A stretch of 64,000 nt of DNA, from positions 128,259 to 192,258 of the forward strand of contig CAWENM010000003.1 in assembly GCA_963810465.1 (NCBI GenBank), read 5' to 3'. A program made the position numbers and the translations under genes. Source of the stretch: an uncultured Acidobacteriota bacterium (GTDB lineage Bacteria > Actinomycetota > Acidimicrobiia > Spongiisociales > ZC4RG35). Each line of letters starts with the position of its first letter. The stretch's first letter is position 1. Of the stretch, positions 10,348 to 20,602 are shown in pieces. The notes beneath the pieces are model-generated. The model saw only the letters and a program-made list of their open reading frames with translations, was not told the DNA's origin and did not search any database.

Positions 10348-12156
10348 GTGACCAATCAATCGCGCATTCGCAACTTCTCCATCATCGCCCACATCGACCA
10401 CGGGAAGTCGACCCTGGCCGATCGCCTACTCGAGCTGACCGGAGCCGTCAGCGAGCGTGACATGCGAGAACAGATCCTCGACACGATGGACCTGGAGCGG
10501 GAGCGGGGCATAACGATCAAGGCACAGACAGTCCGACTGGCGTATCGCGCGGCCGACGGCCATGACTACGAGCTCAATCTGATCGACACACCGGGCCATG
10601 TCGACTTCTCATACGAGGTATCCAGGTCGCTGGCGGCATGTGAGGGGGCCTTGCTGCTGGTGGATGCCGCCCAGGGTGTCCAGGCACAGACTCTGGCCAA
10701 CGCCTACCTGGCGGTGGACGCCGGTCTGGAGGTGATTCCTGCCATCAACAAGATCGACCTGGTCGCCGCAGACCCCGACCGGGTCGCTGGAGAGATCACC
10801 AACGTCATCGGCGGGTCCTCCGACGACATCGTCAGGATCTCAGCCAAGACCGGAGCAGGTGTGAGCGAGTTGTTGGAGCGACTCGTAGAGCAGGTACCGG
10901 CGCCGTCGGGCGATCCCGACGCCCCGCTGCGCGCCCTCGTCTTCGATTCCTACTACGACGCGTACAGGGGAGTGGTCTGTTACGTCCGTGTAGTCGATGG
11001 CCGGCTCCGCTCGGGATTCAGGCTCAAGTTCATCGCCACCGGCGAGACTCACGACGCAGCAGAAGTAGGAATCCTCACACCTTCCGTAAAACCGGTCGGC
11101 GCACTCGATGCGGGAGAGGTGGGATATTTGATAACCGGGGTCAAGGAGATCGACCGGATCAAGGTCGGTGACACCTTGACCGACGCCGCCAACCCCGCCC
11201 GTGACCCATTGCCTGGCTATGCCGAGCCCAAGCCGATGGTCTTCTCGGGTCTGTTCCCGACCGATGGGGACGACTTCGAGCGGTTGAGGGAGGCGCTGGA
11301 AAAGCTCCGCCTCAATGACGGGTCATTGATGTGGGAGGCGGAGACCAGTCGTGCCCTGGGATTCGGGTTTCGGGTCGGCTTTCTCGGCCTTCTCCACATG
11401 GAGATCGTGCGCGAGCGGCTGGAGCGGGAGTACGACCTGGACCTGGTCGCCACCGCACCTTCCGTGGCCTACCGGGTGACCCTCGCTGACGGCAGCATCA
11501 GGGAGATCAAATCGCCCCAGGACCTGCCTGACCCCGGGAGTCGGGTCAGCGTATCCGAGCCCTACGTCCGGGCGATGATCCTGACTCCGACTGAGTACGT
11601 CGGCCCCATCATGGAGCTGGTCACGACGAAGCGGGGCGAGATGGGCAACATGAGCTATCTGAGCCCGGAGCGCGTCGAGCTCGACTACCAGATACCCCTG
11701 GCCGAGATCGTGTTCGACTTCTTCGACCTCCTCAAGTCCAGGACCAAGGGCTACGCGTCACTCGACTACGAGCCCGCCGAATACAGAACAGCCGACCTGG
11801 TCAAGGTGGACATCCTGCTCAATGCCCAGCCGGTGGATGCATTCTCGGCCGTCCTCCATCGCGACAAGGCCGCTGATTACGGGAAGACGATGACCGGGCG
11901 TCTCCGAGGGCTCATCCCGCGCCAGATGTTCGACGTGCCGATCCAGGCGGCAATCGGGGGAAAGATCATCAGCCGCGAGACGGTGAAGGCGAAGCGCAAG
12001 GACGTGATCGCCAAGTGTTACGGCGGCGATGTGACCCGCAAGAAGAAGCTTCTCACCAAGCAGAAGGAAGGCAAGAAGCGGATGAAGATGGTGGGCTCGG
12101 TGGAGGTGCCCCAGGAGGCATTCGTGGCCGCCCTCCGAGTGGACGATGACACCTGA
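10348..12156 (+). CDS. lepA: elongation factor 4 (LepA)
   Basis: 602 aa, G-domain ([23 protein letters not shown]) and LepA C-terminal domain. Confidence 0.97.
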   Translation: MTNQSRIRNFSIIAHIDHGKSTLADRLLELTGAVSERDMREQILDTMDLERERGITIKAQTVRLAYRAADGHDYELNLIDTPGHVDFSYEVSRSLAACEGALLLVDAAQGVQAQTLANAYLAVDAGLEVIPAINKIDLVAADPDRVAGEITNVIGGSSDDIVRISAKTGAGVSELLERLVEQVPAPSGDPDAPLRALVFDSYYDAYRGVVCYVRVVDGRLRSGFRLKFIATGETHDAAEVGILTPSVKPVGALDAGEVGYLITGVKEIDRIKVGDTLTDAANPARDPLPGYAEPKPMVFSGLFPTDGDDFERLREALEKLRLNDGSLMWEAETSRALGFGFRVGFLGLLHMEIVRERLEREYDLDLVATAPSVAYRVTLADGSIREIKSPQDLPDPGSRVSVSEPYVRAMILTPTEYVGPIMELVTTKRGEMGNMSYLSPERVELDYQIPLAEIVFDFFDLLKSRTKGYASLDYEPAEYRTADLVKVDILLNAQPVDAFSAVLHRDKAADYGKTMTGRLRGLIPRQMFDVPIQAAIGGKIISRETVKAKRKDVIAKCYGGDVTRKKKLLTKQKEGKKRMKMVGSVEVPQEAFVAALRVDDDT

Positions 12157-12165
12157 TCGGGACAC

Positions 12166-13341
12166 ATGAGCGTCGCAGACGTAGACATCCACGCCTCGGA
12201 GGCGGCGGCATACGTTCATATCCCCTTCTGCTCCGCCGTCTGCCCCTACTGCGACTTTGCGGTAGTGGCAGGAGCCGACGACCGGATAGACCGGTACATC
12301 GATGCCGTCGTCACCGAAATCGAGATGTCGGAGCCATGGCGCGTGCTCGATGCGGTGTACTTCGGCGGGGGCACACCGAGCCATGTGCGCCCACATCTGC
12401 TGGGCAGGATTCTCGGGGTGCTGCGAGCGCGTCAGGGCATCGCTAACGACGCCGAGATCTCTGTCGAGGCCAACCCTGAGGACTTCAGCGAGGAACGGGC
12501 CGATGAGCTCATCGCAGCCGGATTCAACCGGGTGTCATTTGGGGCTCAGAGCTTCGATGACGTCGTTCTGGCCAGGTTGGGCAGACGCCACCGGGCGGTG
12601 GACATCGTGGGCTCGGTCGATAACGCACGGCGGGCCGGCTTCACCAACGTCTCGGTGGATCTGATCTTTGGCACACCAGAGGAATCCGGGGAATCGTGGG
12701 CGTCATCACTGCAACGTGCGATCGATCTTCGGCCCGACCACGTCTCCTGTTACGCCCTCACTGTCGAGCCGGGCACGCCGCTTCATCGTGAGGTGAGGGC
12801 CGGGGCCGATGCGCCCGACCCGGACGTTCAAGCCGACCGCTACGAGGTGGCCGAGCGGCTGCTCCCGATGGCCGGGCTCGAGAGGTACGAGGTTTCCAAC
12901 TGGGCACGTCCCGGCCAGGAATGCAGGTACAACCTCGTCGTTTGGGCCCAGGGGGAATACGAGGCCTACGGAAATGGGGCCCACCGATTTCTGGATGGAG
13001 TGCGGAGTCACAATGTCCGGCGGCTCGACGCCTATATGGATCGTGTCGAGAGCGGATCGAGGCCAATCGCAGGCACCGACCCAATCGAGGGTTGGGATGT
13101 CGAGATCGACCGCCTTTTCGTCGGTCTCCGCCGGTCCGCAGGTGTGGGAACCGGCCCCGGGGTGGAGTCGCTCATTCAGACCAGTGGCGGGCAGATGCTG
13201 CTCAGAGAGGGGATCATCGAGGTCGCCGGGGGGAGGCTCATGGTCCGCCGACCGTTGCTGACCGACGAGGTGCACCGCCAGGTGCTGGATCTGGACCCGC
13301 CGCAAGGGTGGGTGGAGTCGACCAACCCGGATAACCTCTGA
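12166..13341 (+). CDS. hemW: radical SAM heme chaperone HemW (HemN-like, oxygen-independent coproporphyrinogen oxidase family)
   Basis: CxxxCxxC radical-SAM motif (HIPFCSAVCPYCDF), HemN C-terminal domain. Confidence 0.9.
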   Translation: MSVADVDIHASEAAAYVHIPFCSAVCPYCDFAVVAGADDRIDRYIDAVVTEIEMSEPWRVLDAVYFGGGTPSHVRPHLLGRILGVLRARQGIANDAEISVEANPEDFSEERADELIAAGFNRVSFGAQSFDDVVLARLGRRHRAVDIVGSVDNARRAGFTNVSVDLIFGTPEESGESWASSLQRAIDLRPDHVSCYALTVEPGTPLHREVRAGADAPDPDVQADRYEVAERLLPMAGLERYEVSNWARPGQECRYNLVVWAQGEYEAYGNGAHRFLDGVRSHNVRRLDAYMDRVESGSRPIAGTDPIEGWDVEIDRLFVGLRRSAGVGTGPGVESLIQTSGGQMLLREGIIEVAGGRLMVRRPLLTDEVHRQVLDLDPPQGWVESTNPDNL

Positions 13342-13346
13342 GGAAC

Positions 13347-14348
13347 ATGCTGGAAGATCGCCGGTCCGAGATCCTTCGCGCTCTGGTCGAGGAGCACATT
13401 CGCTCCGGAGAGCCAGTCAGCTCTCGTGCCATCGTCGACCGGGCTCATCTCCAGGTGTCGAGTGCGACTGTGAGGAACGACCTGGCCGCGCTCGAAGCAG
13501 AGGGTTTCGTCATCCAGCCGCACACATCGGCCGGCAGGATCCCGACCGCAGCCGCATATCGGTATTACGTCGACCATCTCGGCCCGGGGAGGCTTCGGTC
13601 GACGGCGCAGGCGAAGATCGACTCGTTCTTCGGCGAAGTCCATCTCGAGCTCTCCAAGCTTCTCAAGGAGACATCTGACCTGCTCGCCGAGGTGACCGAC
13701 CTGCCCTCGGTCGTCGTGGCGCCGGCCCTCCGTGGGGATCGGGTTCGTGACCTGCACAGCGTTCAAGTCACTGCCGATCAGATGCTCCTCATCGTGGTCA
13801 CCGACGGGGGCCGTGTCCTCCAGCAGCGCGCCAGGGTCCGGGTCCCGATCACCGCGACCGAGATGGAAGAGGCCCATCGGGTGGTCAGCGCTGCCGTGGT
13901 CGGGTCCGAACTGGCGGCAACCCCGCTGATCAGCGAAGAGGTGCTCGGAGGACTCGACGAGCGGACTCGCGAGGCGGTCCTGACCATGAACGATGGCCTG
14001 CATCTGGCCGCGGCCGCCGGCACCGAGATCTTCATTGGAGGCACTCAACGGCTCACTTCCGCGTGGGAGGACCTGAGCGCGGTGCAGCGCATCCTGGAGG
14101 TCCTGGCGCGAGAGGCCGAGGTCATGAAGATCCTCGCCGTGGCCTCGGGGACATCGATCCAGATCGGCGCCGAGTTGCCGCTGCAAGACGTAGACCTCGC
14201 CGTCGTCTCCAAGACCTATGAAGCCGGAGCCAGCGGCGGGTCGGTTGGTGTCATCGGGCCGATGCGCATGAATTACAAGAGAGCCATCTCGGCGGTCGAG
14301 GAGGTCTCCCGCGAGTTGGAGGACCGGATCAGCTCCGAAAAAGACTGA
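13347..14348 (+). CDS. hrcA: heat-inducible transcription repressor HrcA
   Basis: 333 aa, N-terminal winged helix (VSSRAIV...VRNDLAALEAEGF), HrcA C-terminal domain. Confidence 0.93.
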   Translation: MLEDRRSEILRALVEEHIRSGEPVSSRAIVDRAHLQVSSATVRNDLAALEAEGFVIQPHTSAGRIPTAAAYRYYVDHLGPGRLRSTAQAKIDSFFGEVHLELSKLLKETSDLLAEVTDLPSVVVAPALRGDRVRDLHSVQVTADQMLLIVVTDGGRVLQQRARVRVPITATEMEEAHRVVSAAVVGSELAATPLISEEVLGGLDERTREAVLTMNDGLHLAAAAGTEIFIGGTQRLTSAWEDLSAVQRILEVLAREAEVMKILAVASGTSIQIGAELPLQDVDLAVVSKTYEAGASGGSVGVIGPMRMNYKRAISAVEEVSRELEDRISSEKD

Positions 14349-14351
14349 CCC

Positions 14352-15428
14352 ATGGCCAAGGACTACTACGACATCCTGGGGGTCGGTAGGGACGCCACCA
14401 GCGAAGAGATCAAGAAGGCTTTCCGGCTCATCGCCCGAGCAACCCATCCCGACGCCAATCCGGGCGACCCGGTGGCGGAGGCGAGATTCCGAGACGCAGC
14501 TGAGGCCTACGAGATCCTGTCCGACCCGGATCGGCGGCGTCGATACGACAGGGGTGACACGATCGATCTGTCCGACTTGTTCGCCGGGTTTGGCGGATTC
14601 GACGATCTCCTACGCTCGGTTTTCGGCGACAGCTCGATGTTCGGCGGTGGCACCCGGAGTCGTCCGACCAGGGGAAGTGACGTCCTGGTGCGAACGGAGG
14701 TCGATCTGTTGGGCGCCGCGTTCGGCGTCGAAGTCGATGTCACGTTCGCAACCAAGACCACCTGCGAGGTCTGCTCCGGAACTGGCGCCGAGGATGGACA
14801 AGGCCAGACGACTTGTCCCGATTGTGATGGTGCGGGCTCGGTGCGCATGGCGCGACGATCCCTCTTCGGGACCATGATGACCGTTGCCACATGCCCTACC
14901 TGTCGTGGTGAGGGCGTGCTGGTGACGAGCCCGTGTCCCACTTGCTCCGGTATCGGAGCTGTTGATGGCGAGCGAACGATGACGGTCGAGGTCCCTGCCG
15001 GTGTGTCCTCCGGGACGCGGCTCCGCATCTCGGGTCGTGGCGAGTCGGGTGGACGCTTCGGCCCTCCCGGTGACCTCTTTGTCGAGGTGCTGGTCGCGCC
15101 TGACCCGAGGTTCGAGCGTCACGACGCCGATCTGGTCCATCACGTGTCGATTGGCATCGCCGAAGCGACCCTCGGCACCAGAGTCGCCATCCCGTTGATC
15201 GAGGGCGGCGAGAGCGATTTCGAGATCCCGGCAGGTACTCAGCCGGGCACCGGGTTCCGACTGCCCGGTATGGGCGTCACTCATCTGGGTCGTCGGACGA
15301 GGGGTGACCTCCACGTAGTCGTGTCTGTCGCCGTCCCGCGTGATCTCACCCACGATCAGGAAGAGGCTCTGAGGCAGTGGTCGGAGCTCCGCGGGGAGAG
15401 GACGGACCGGCCAGCTTCGGCCGGCTGA
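14352..15428 (+). CDS. dnaJ: molecular chaperone DnaJ
   Basis: J-domain with HPD, G/F region, four CxxCxGxG zinc-finger repeats. Confidence 0.95.
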   Translation: MAKDYYDILGVGRDATSEEIKKAFRLIARATHPDANPGDPVAEARFRDAAEAYEILSDPDRRRRYDRGDTIDLSDLFAGFGGFDDLLRSVFGDSSMFGGGTRSRPTRGSDVLVRTEVDLLGAAFGVEVDVTFATKTTCEVCSGTGAEDGQGQTTCPDCDGAGSVRMARRSLFGTMMTVATCPTCRGEGVLVTSPCPTCSGIGAVDGERTMTVEVPAGVSSGTRLRISGRGESGGRFGPPGDLFVEVLVAPDPRFERHDADLVHHVSIGIAEATLGTRVAIPLIEGGESDFEIPAGTQPGTGFRLPGMGVTHLGRRTRGDLHVVVSVAVPRDLTHDQEEALRQWSELRGERTDRPASAG

Positions 15429-15440
15429 TCCATTCGGCCA

Positions 15441-16073
15441 ATGGGCCATGTCCCCCATCTTCTGCTCCCGGGTCCCTGGACGACGGAAAACATCGAGTTG
15501 TCGGAGGAGCAAGAACATCATCTGGAGAAGGTGCTTCGCATCGGAGAAGGAGCGTCCGTTAGCTACACCGACGGCGAAGGATCCATTGGCAATGGCCGGT
15601 TTCTGAGCGGTCAGGTGCTGAGGGCCGAGGAGGCGCGGGTGCCGGCCCCTTCTGATCTCACGGTGGTGGTCGCCCCGCCGGATAACAAGGATCGGGCCCG
15701 GTTCTTGGTCGAGAAGTTGGCCGAAATGGGTGCTGCCGAACTGCTCTTCCTCGATTCCAGGCATGGCCAAGGTCGCCCGCCAAGTGCAGAGAAAGCTCGT
15801 TCGTGGTCGGTCGCCGGTCTCGAGCAGTCACGGGGGGCCTGGCTCATGAGCACTTCAGACCGTTTGGTCGACTTCGTCGACATCAACCGACCCTTCGTGG
15901 TGTGCGATCGGGGAGGGCTACGGGATACGCCGTTCGCGCGGACAGTGGTCATCGGGCCCGAGGGTGGGTGGGCTCCCGGGGAGGTCCCGGAGGATGCGAC
16001 CCTGTGGGGCCTCGGCGACACGGTGCTACGCGTGGAAACGGCCGCTCTCGTGGCAGCGGCCCGCCTCCTATGA
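15441..16073 (+). CDS. rsmE: 16S rRNA (uracil1498-N3)-methyltransferase RsmE
   Basis: 210 aa, PUA-like N-terminus plus SPOUT C-terminus (VVIGPEGGWAPGE). Confidence 0.88.
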   Translation: MGHVPHLLLPGPWTTENIELSEEQEHHLEKVLRIGEGASVSYTDGEGSIGNGRFLSGQVLRAEEARVPAPSDLTVVVAPPDNKDRARFLVEKLAEMGAAELLFLDSRHGQGRPPSAEKARSWSVAGLEQSRGAWLMSTSDRLVDFVDINRPFVVCDRGGLRDTPFARTVVIGPEGGWAPGEVPEDATLWGLGDTVLRVETAALVAAARLL

Positions 16074-16125
16074 ATCCTGGCGTGGAACATGTAGCATCTC
16101 GCCACGGGCTTACGGGAGGAGACCC

Positions 16126-16539
16126 TTGGTCGACAGATTCAGCGCTTCGCTTGGCTTGCGCCTGCGTGCAGCCCGTCGTCAGCGGGGTTGGTCGTTGGGG
16201 GAGCTCGAGTCATACACAGGCGGTGAGTTCAAGGCATCCGTCGTCGGCGCATATGAGCGTGGGGAGCGCGCGCTGAGTGTTCAAAGGCTGGTGCGTCTGG
16301 CCGAGATCTACGCGGTGCCGCCGTCCGACCTCCTGCCAATGGGTTCGTCCGAACGTGGCGTCTTGATCGATCTCGATGTGGCCGCCACGTCGAAGGACGG
16401 TGACCTCATCGACCGGTACCTCGCCGCAATCCATTTCTTGCGCCGTGAGGGCAGGCCAGACGAGGTTCGTGACTCGGACAAGGCAGTGATTGCCTCATTG
16501 CTGGATTCGACGGTCGAAGTCGCCTCCGGGCTGGACTGA
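16126..16539 (+). CDS. XRE-family helix-turn-helix transcriptional regulator
   Basis: HTH_XRE motif LGLRLRAARRQRGWSLGELESYTG...LSVQRLVRLAEIYAVP. Start placed at an in-frame TTG/GTG after the rsmE stop, because the track start overlaps rsmE. Confidence 0.65.
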   Translation: MVDRFSASLGLRLRAARRQRGWSLGELESYTGGEFKASVVGAYERGERALSVQRLVRLAEIYAVPPSDLLPMGSSERGVLIDLDVAATSKDGDLIDRYLAAIHFLRREGRPDEVRDSDKAVIASLLDSTVEVASGLD

Positions 16540-16606
16540 ATTCTCGGAATCAGCACCTGGCGGCCTCTACAATGGTCGCGACGCCACAGAGAGGGCGTCG
16601 TCTCCC

Positions 16607-17587
16607 ATGCCCACCGAGCAATCCACTGACTCTATCGACTCGCGTTTACGCGTCCCCAGCCATCATTTGATGCTGGATCTCTTGGGCGAGGCCGATCGAC
16701 ACCTCCGCCAGGTCGAATCCCATTTCCCGGAGGTGCGATTCGTCGCGCGCGGGGACGAGTTGGCGCTGAAAGGCCCCGACACCGAGGTCGAACGAGCCCG
16801 AACCGTGCTGGAGGAGCTACTGATCCTCGTCCAGGAAGGCCATGCCCTCGACTCCGCAAGGGTCGACGAAGTGGTGAAAATGGTCATCGAGGACGTGCCC
16901 AGCCCTTCGGGGGTGCTCTCCGACGGGATTCCAGTCGGGCGGGGGCGCATGATCCGTCCCAAGACCCACGGCCAACAGAAGTACATGGAGGCCATCAGGG
17001 AGAACACCCTCACCTTCGGCATCGGGCCTGCCGGCACCGGAAAGACCTATCTGGCCATGGCCGCCGCGGTGGACAGCCTGGTCAGCGGGTCGGTGCGTCG
17101 GATCATCCTCACCCGACCTGCCGTGGAGGCGGGGGAGAGGCTCGGATTCCTGCCCGGAGATCTCGCCGCCAAGGTCGATCCTTACCTTCGCCCGCTGTAC
17201 GACGCGTTATGGGACATGCTCGGCCCCGAGGAGACGGCAGCGCTCGTCGAGAAGGGAACTATCGAGATAGCCCCACTCGCTTATATGAGAGGAAGGACTC
17301 TCAACGACGCCTGTGTCATCCTCGACGAAGCGCAGAACACGACGCCGGAGCAGATGAAGATGTTCCTGACCCGGCTCGGGTTCAACTCCAAGATGATCAT
17401 CACGGGTGACATGACCCAGACCGATCTCCCCGACAACCGAAGATCGGGTCTCAAGGTGGTGCGGGAGATCCTGAGCGACATCCCCGGTGTCTCCTTCGTC
17501 GAGTTGACGGCCCGGGACGTCGTCCGGCATCGCATAGTCGCCTCCATCGTCGAGGCCTACGCCCGGTTCGAGAGCAAGGTCAAGTGA
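16607..17587 (+). CDS. phoH: PhoH-like ATPase
   Basis: Walker A GIGPAGTGKTYLAMA, PhoH family core. Start at internal ATG (MPTEQSTD) downstream of the overlapping track start. Confidence 0.9.
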   Translation: MPTEQSTDSIDSRLRVPSHHLMLDLLGEADRHLRQVESHFPEVRFVARGDELALKGPDTEVERARTVLEELLILVQEGHALDSARVDEVVKMVIEDVPSPSGVLSDGIPVGRGRMIRPKTHGQQKYMEAIRENTLTFGIGPAGTGKTYLAMAAAVDSLVSGSVRRIILTRPAVEAGERLGFLPGDLAAKVDPYLRPLYDALWDMLGPEETAALVEKGTIEIAPLAYMRGRTLNDACVILDEAQNTTPEQMKMFLTRLGFNSKMIITGDMTQTDLPDNRRSGLKVVREILSDIPGVSFVELTARDVVRHRIVASIVEAYARFESKVK

Positions 17588-20100
17588 TGCCGCGGCCGAC
17601 GCTCGTCCGCCTCGCCACTTTTGTCGCCACCGTGGTGGCCGCCTGGGGCGTGCTCTCGTTGGGCGGGCCGAGCGGGAATCCGGAGCTGGTGCTTGGCGCT
17701 CCAGCAGCTCAGGACTACCGGGCGCAACGAACCGGCACGGTCGAGGACACGGTGGAAACCGATCGGCTCCGCCAGGAGGCCAGAAATTCAGTCCCTCCGG
17801 TGGAGCAGATCAACGAGCAGATCCAGAACACGGTCAACACGCAGGTAGAGGCGGTGTTCGACGACGTAGATAGCCTTGTTGTCGGCGATCCGGTGGAGAA
17901 TCCCGCTCCCGAGGCAGCGGGCGAGCCGACGACAACCACCGTCGCTTCCGACGCAACCGCAACCACCGAGTCCGTCGAGCCGGTCGTGATCTCCGGAATG
18001 GTCTTCATAGACGTTGGCGCCGACGGCACATTCGACCTGGAGGCAGAGGGATCTCGCCCTGACAGTGGCGCAGCGCGCATGACCGTGAATGTCGACGCCG
18101 GGGGAGAGGTTCAGCAGGTCATGACCGACGAGAACGGGTTTTGGTCGGCGCAGGTTTTGCCTGGTGTCGCCCGTGTCAGCATCGACCCAGAGGACCCGGA
18201 GATCCCGCGGGGGTACGTTTTCGGCTCGGGAAACTACGTGCAGGACGTCGACTGCCAACCCGGGGTCGCCTGCGAGGCGACGGCGATCCCGCTGCGGGTC
18301 AACCTGCGGGATATCGACGAGGTCATCGCTCAGGTGACAGCTCGCCACATCGTCGCCAGTGACGCCATCACCACCCTCGCCGCCACCGCCGGCGACGATG
18401 TGATCCGCACTGCGGTGGGCGAGGATCCCCACCTCCCCGTCATCCGGCAGGCCGCGGTCAACCGCCTGTTCCAGGAGTTCGGGCTCCTGATCAAGCCGGA
18501 CCAGCTTCCGACTGCACAACAACGTCTTCGCTCCAGCCCACCTGCGGTCTTCTACCTCGACGCCAACCCACCCGGTCAGGATCAGGCGGCAAGTGACGCC
18601 GCGGGCGAGGTAGTGGCCAGCTACATACAGGCCAACTATCTCGTCGACGAGGCCGCCACCACAGAGGCCCAGGACGAGGCCGCCGCCGCGGTTGAGCCCG
18701 TCGAAGTCGAGTTCAGCGCCGACACACTCATCGTCGCCGAGGGAGTGCCGCTGACCCAGCTTCACATCGACGCCATCGACGCCACCACTTCCTCGGCGTC
18801 GCAGGCGGAGGCGGACGTCGGGCTGCTCGCCGTGCTCGGCGTGATGGTCGGACTGCTCGGGCTCTATCTGTCTAGGTTCCGGACCGAGTTCTGGGCCAGG
18901 CCACGGATGGTTGCCCTGTTCGGCATCCTCATCGTTCTTGCGGCAGGTGCGGTCCGGGCCACCGTCATCTTCCAGCCTGAATCGAGTTGGTATGTGCTGC
19001 CGGCGGTGGCATTCGGATTCATGACGGCAGTGCTCTTCGACTCACGCATCGCAGTGCTGATGGCGCTGGCTGTCGGCGTCATTGCCGCGGTAGGCACCCA
19101 GGACACCGGTGTGGCCGTCTACGCCACGCTTGCCACTCTCGCCCCGATCCCGTTCGTGAGCTCGGTGACCAGTCGCGGCGGTTTCCGGACAGCCGTGGTG
19201 TTCTCGTCACTGTCGGCTGCCATCGCCGCCGGAGCCACCTCGTCGTTCTTCCACGTCGGGCCCAATGACGTCGTCTGGGAAGTGGTTGGGATCTCCATGG
19301 CCTGGGCATTCGGAGTGTCTGTCGTGGCCTCACTGATCGGCTTGGCCGCCCTCCAGTTCTTCGAGTCGGCTTTCGACATCACGACCAGCCTCAGCCTCCT
19401 CGACCTCACCGATCGGAATCACGAGGCGCTCCAACTGCTTCAAGAAAAGGCGTTCGGGACTTTCAACCACTCGCTGATGGTGGGGACGCTGGCCCATGCC
19501 GCAGCCCGGGCGATCGGCGCCAACCCCCTTTTGGCCCGGGCAATGGCCTACTACCACGACCTGGGCAAGACCGAGAACCCCTCGATGTTCATCGAGAACC
19601 AGTTCGGGATTCAGAACCCTCACGATTTCCTGACCCCCCTCGAGTCGGCCGAGGTGATCCGCAGACATGTGAGCGACGGCATCGTGTTGGCCCGTCAGTT
19701 CAAGATCCCGTCTGACGTCGCCACTGGAATCGTCAGTCATCACGGCGACGGGATCATGCGCTACTTCTACGAGAAGGCCAGGTCCCAGAACGGCGACCAC
19801 GTCGATCCCAACGATTTCCGCCACATCGGGCACAAGCCGAGGACTGCCGAGACCGCAATTGTGATGTTGTCCGACTCCCTGGAAGCGGCCTGCAGGGCCA
19901 ACTTCCAGACCGAGGAGCCGACGCCTGAAGCAATCGAGAAGGTGGTTGACCGCGTAATCGACGAGAAGTTGAACGACGGCCAGCTCTCCGAGTCGCCGCT
20001 CACCTTGGCCGAGATGACCCTGATCCGCTCTGCTTTCCTGGACTCGCTGGTCGGTCATTACCATCAGCGAATCGCGTATCCCAACTTCCCCGGAACCTGA
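17584..20100 (+). CDS. pgpH: 7TM receptor-HD phosphohydrolase (PgpH/YqfF family; predicted c-di-AMP phosphodiesterase class)
   Basis: 838 aa: signal/TM, long extracellular domain, 7TM block, C-terminal HD domain (AYYHDLGK, HHGDG). Conserved phoH-pgpH-ybeY order. Confidence 0.85.
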   Translation: MMPRPTLVRLATFVATVVAAWGVLSLGGPSGNPELVLGAPAAQDYRAQRTGTVEDTVETDRLRQEARNSVPPVEQINEQIQNTVNTQVEAVFDDVDSLVVGDPVENPAPEAAGEPTTTTVASDATATTESVEPVVISGMVFIDVGADGTFDLEAEGSRPDSGAARMTVNVDAGGEVQQVMTDENGFWSAQVLPGVARVSIDPEDPEIPRGYVFGSGNYVQDVDCQPGVACEATAIPLRVNLRDIDEVIAQVTARHIVASDAITTLAATAGDDVIRTAVGEDPHLPVIRQAAVNRLFQEFGLLIKPDQLPTAQQRLRSSPPAVFYLDANPPGQDQAASDAAGEVVASYIQANYLVDEAATTEAQDEAAAAVEPVEVEFSADTLIVAEGVPLTQLHIDAIDATTSSASQAEADVGLLAVLGVMVGLLGLYLSRFRTEFWARPRMVALFGILIVLAAGAVRATVIFQPESSWYVLPAVAFGFMTAVLFDSRIAVLMALAVGVIAAVGTQDTGVAVYATLATLAPIPFVSSVTSRGGFRTAVVFSSLSAAIAAGATSSFFHVGPNDVVWEVVGISMAWAFGVSVVASLIGLAALQFFESAFDITTSLSLLDLTDRNHEALQLLQEKAFGTFNHSLMVGTLAHAAARAIGANPLLARAMAYYHDLGKTENPSMFIENQFGIQNPHDFLTPLESAEVIRRHVSDGIVLARQFKIPSDVATGIVSHHGDGIMRYFYEKARSQNGDHVDPNDFRHIGHKPRTAETAIVMLSDSLEAACRANFQTEEPTPEAIEKVVDRVIDEKLNDGQLSESPLTLAEMTLIRSAFLDSLVGHYHQRIAYPNFPGT

Positions 20101-20137
20101 TGGACGACCCTCCCAGTCGAAAACCCGGCGCCGGTCA

Positions 20138-20602
20138 GTGAGCGTCTTCCTGGCCGACGAACAAGGTGAGCCGGTCGATCTACTCCAATTGCGTCATCTC
20201 GCCGAGTTGGTCCTGACCGAAGAGGGATACCCGGATGAGACCGAGGTGACCGTGCTCCTCGTGAGCGACGACGAGATGGCGTCTTATAACGAGCGCTTCC
20301 TCGATCGCACCGGCCCTACCGACGTGCTCGCTTTTCCGGTCGAAGAATTGACGCCGGGCTTCGTGCCAGATCAGGACCCCGCCGGCCCGCCACTCGTCAT
20401 CGGCGACGTCATCGTCGCACCGGCCTATGTAAGCCGGCAGGCGGCCGAGACGGACGTCGGCTTCGACGACGAGATGGCGCTGATGGTCGCTCACGGGATC
20501 CTCCATCTGCTGGGGTACGACCACATTGACGACGGTGATGCCGAGTTGATGGAACGTCGGGAGGGCGAGTTGTTGTCAATGGTCGGCGTGGAGCGAAGGT
20601 GA
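20138..20602 (+). CDS. ybeY: rRNA maturation endoribonuclease YbeY
   Basis: 154 aa, zinc motif HGILHLLGYDH. Confidence 0.95.
   Translation: MSVFLADEQGEPVDLLQLRHLAELVLTEEGYPDETEVTVLLVSDDEMASYNERFLDRTGPTDVLAFPVEELTPGFVPDQDPAGPPLVIGDVIVAPAYVSRQAAETDVGFDDEMALMVAHGILHLLGYDHIDDGDAELMERREGELLSMVGVERR

Noticed and set aside
13300-14352. CIRCE operator (TTAGCACTC-N9-GAGTGCTAA) for HrcA near hrcA/dnaJ
   Set aside because: hemW, hrcA and dnaJ are separated by only 3-5 nt and no CIRCE-like inverted repeat is present. The AGTGCTAAG seen at 23025 belongs to a different palindrome upstream of recO.
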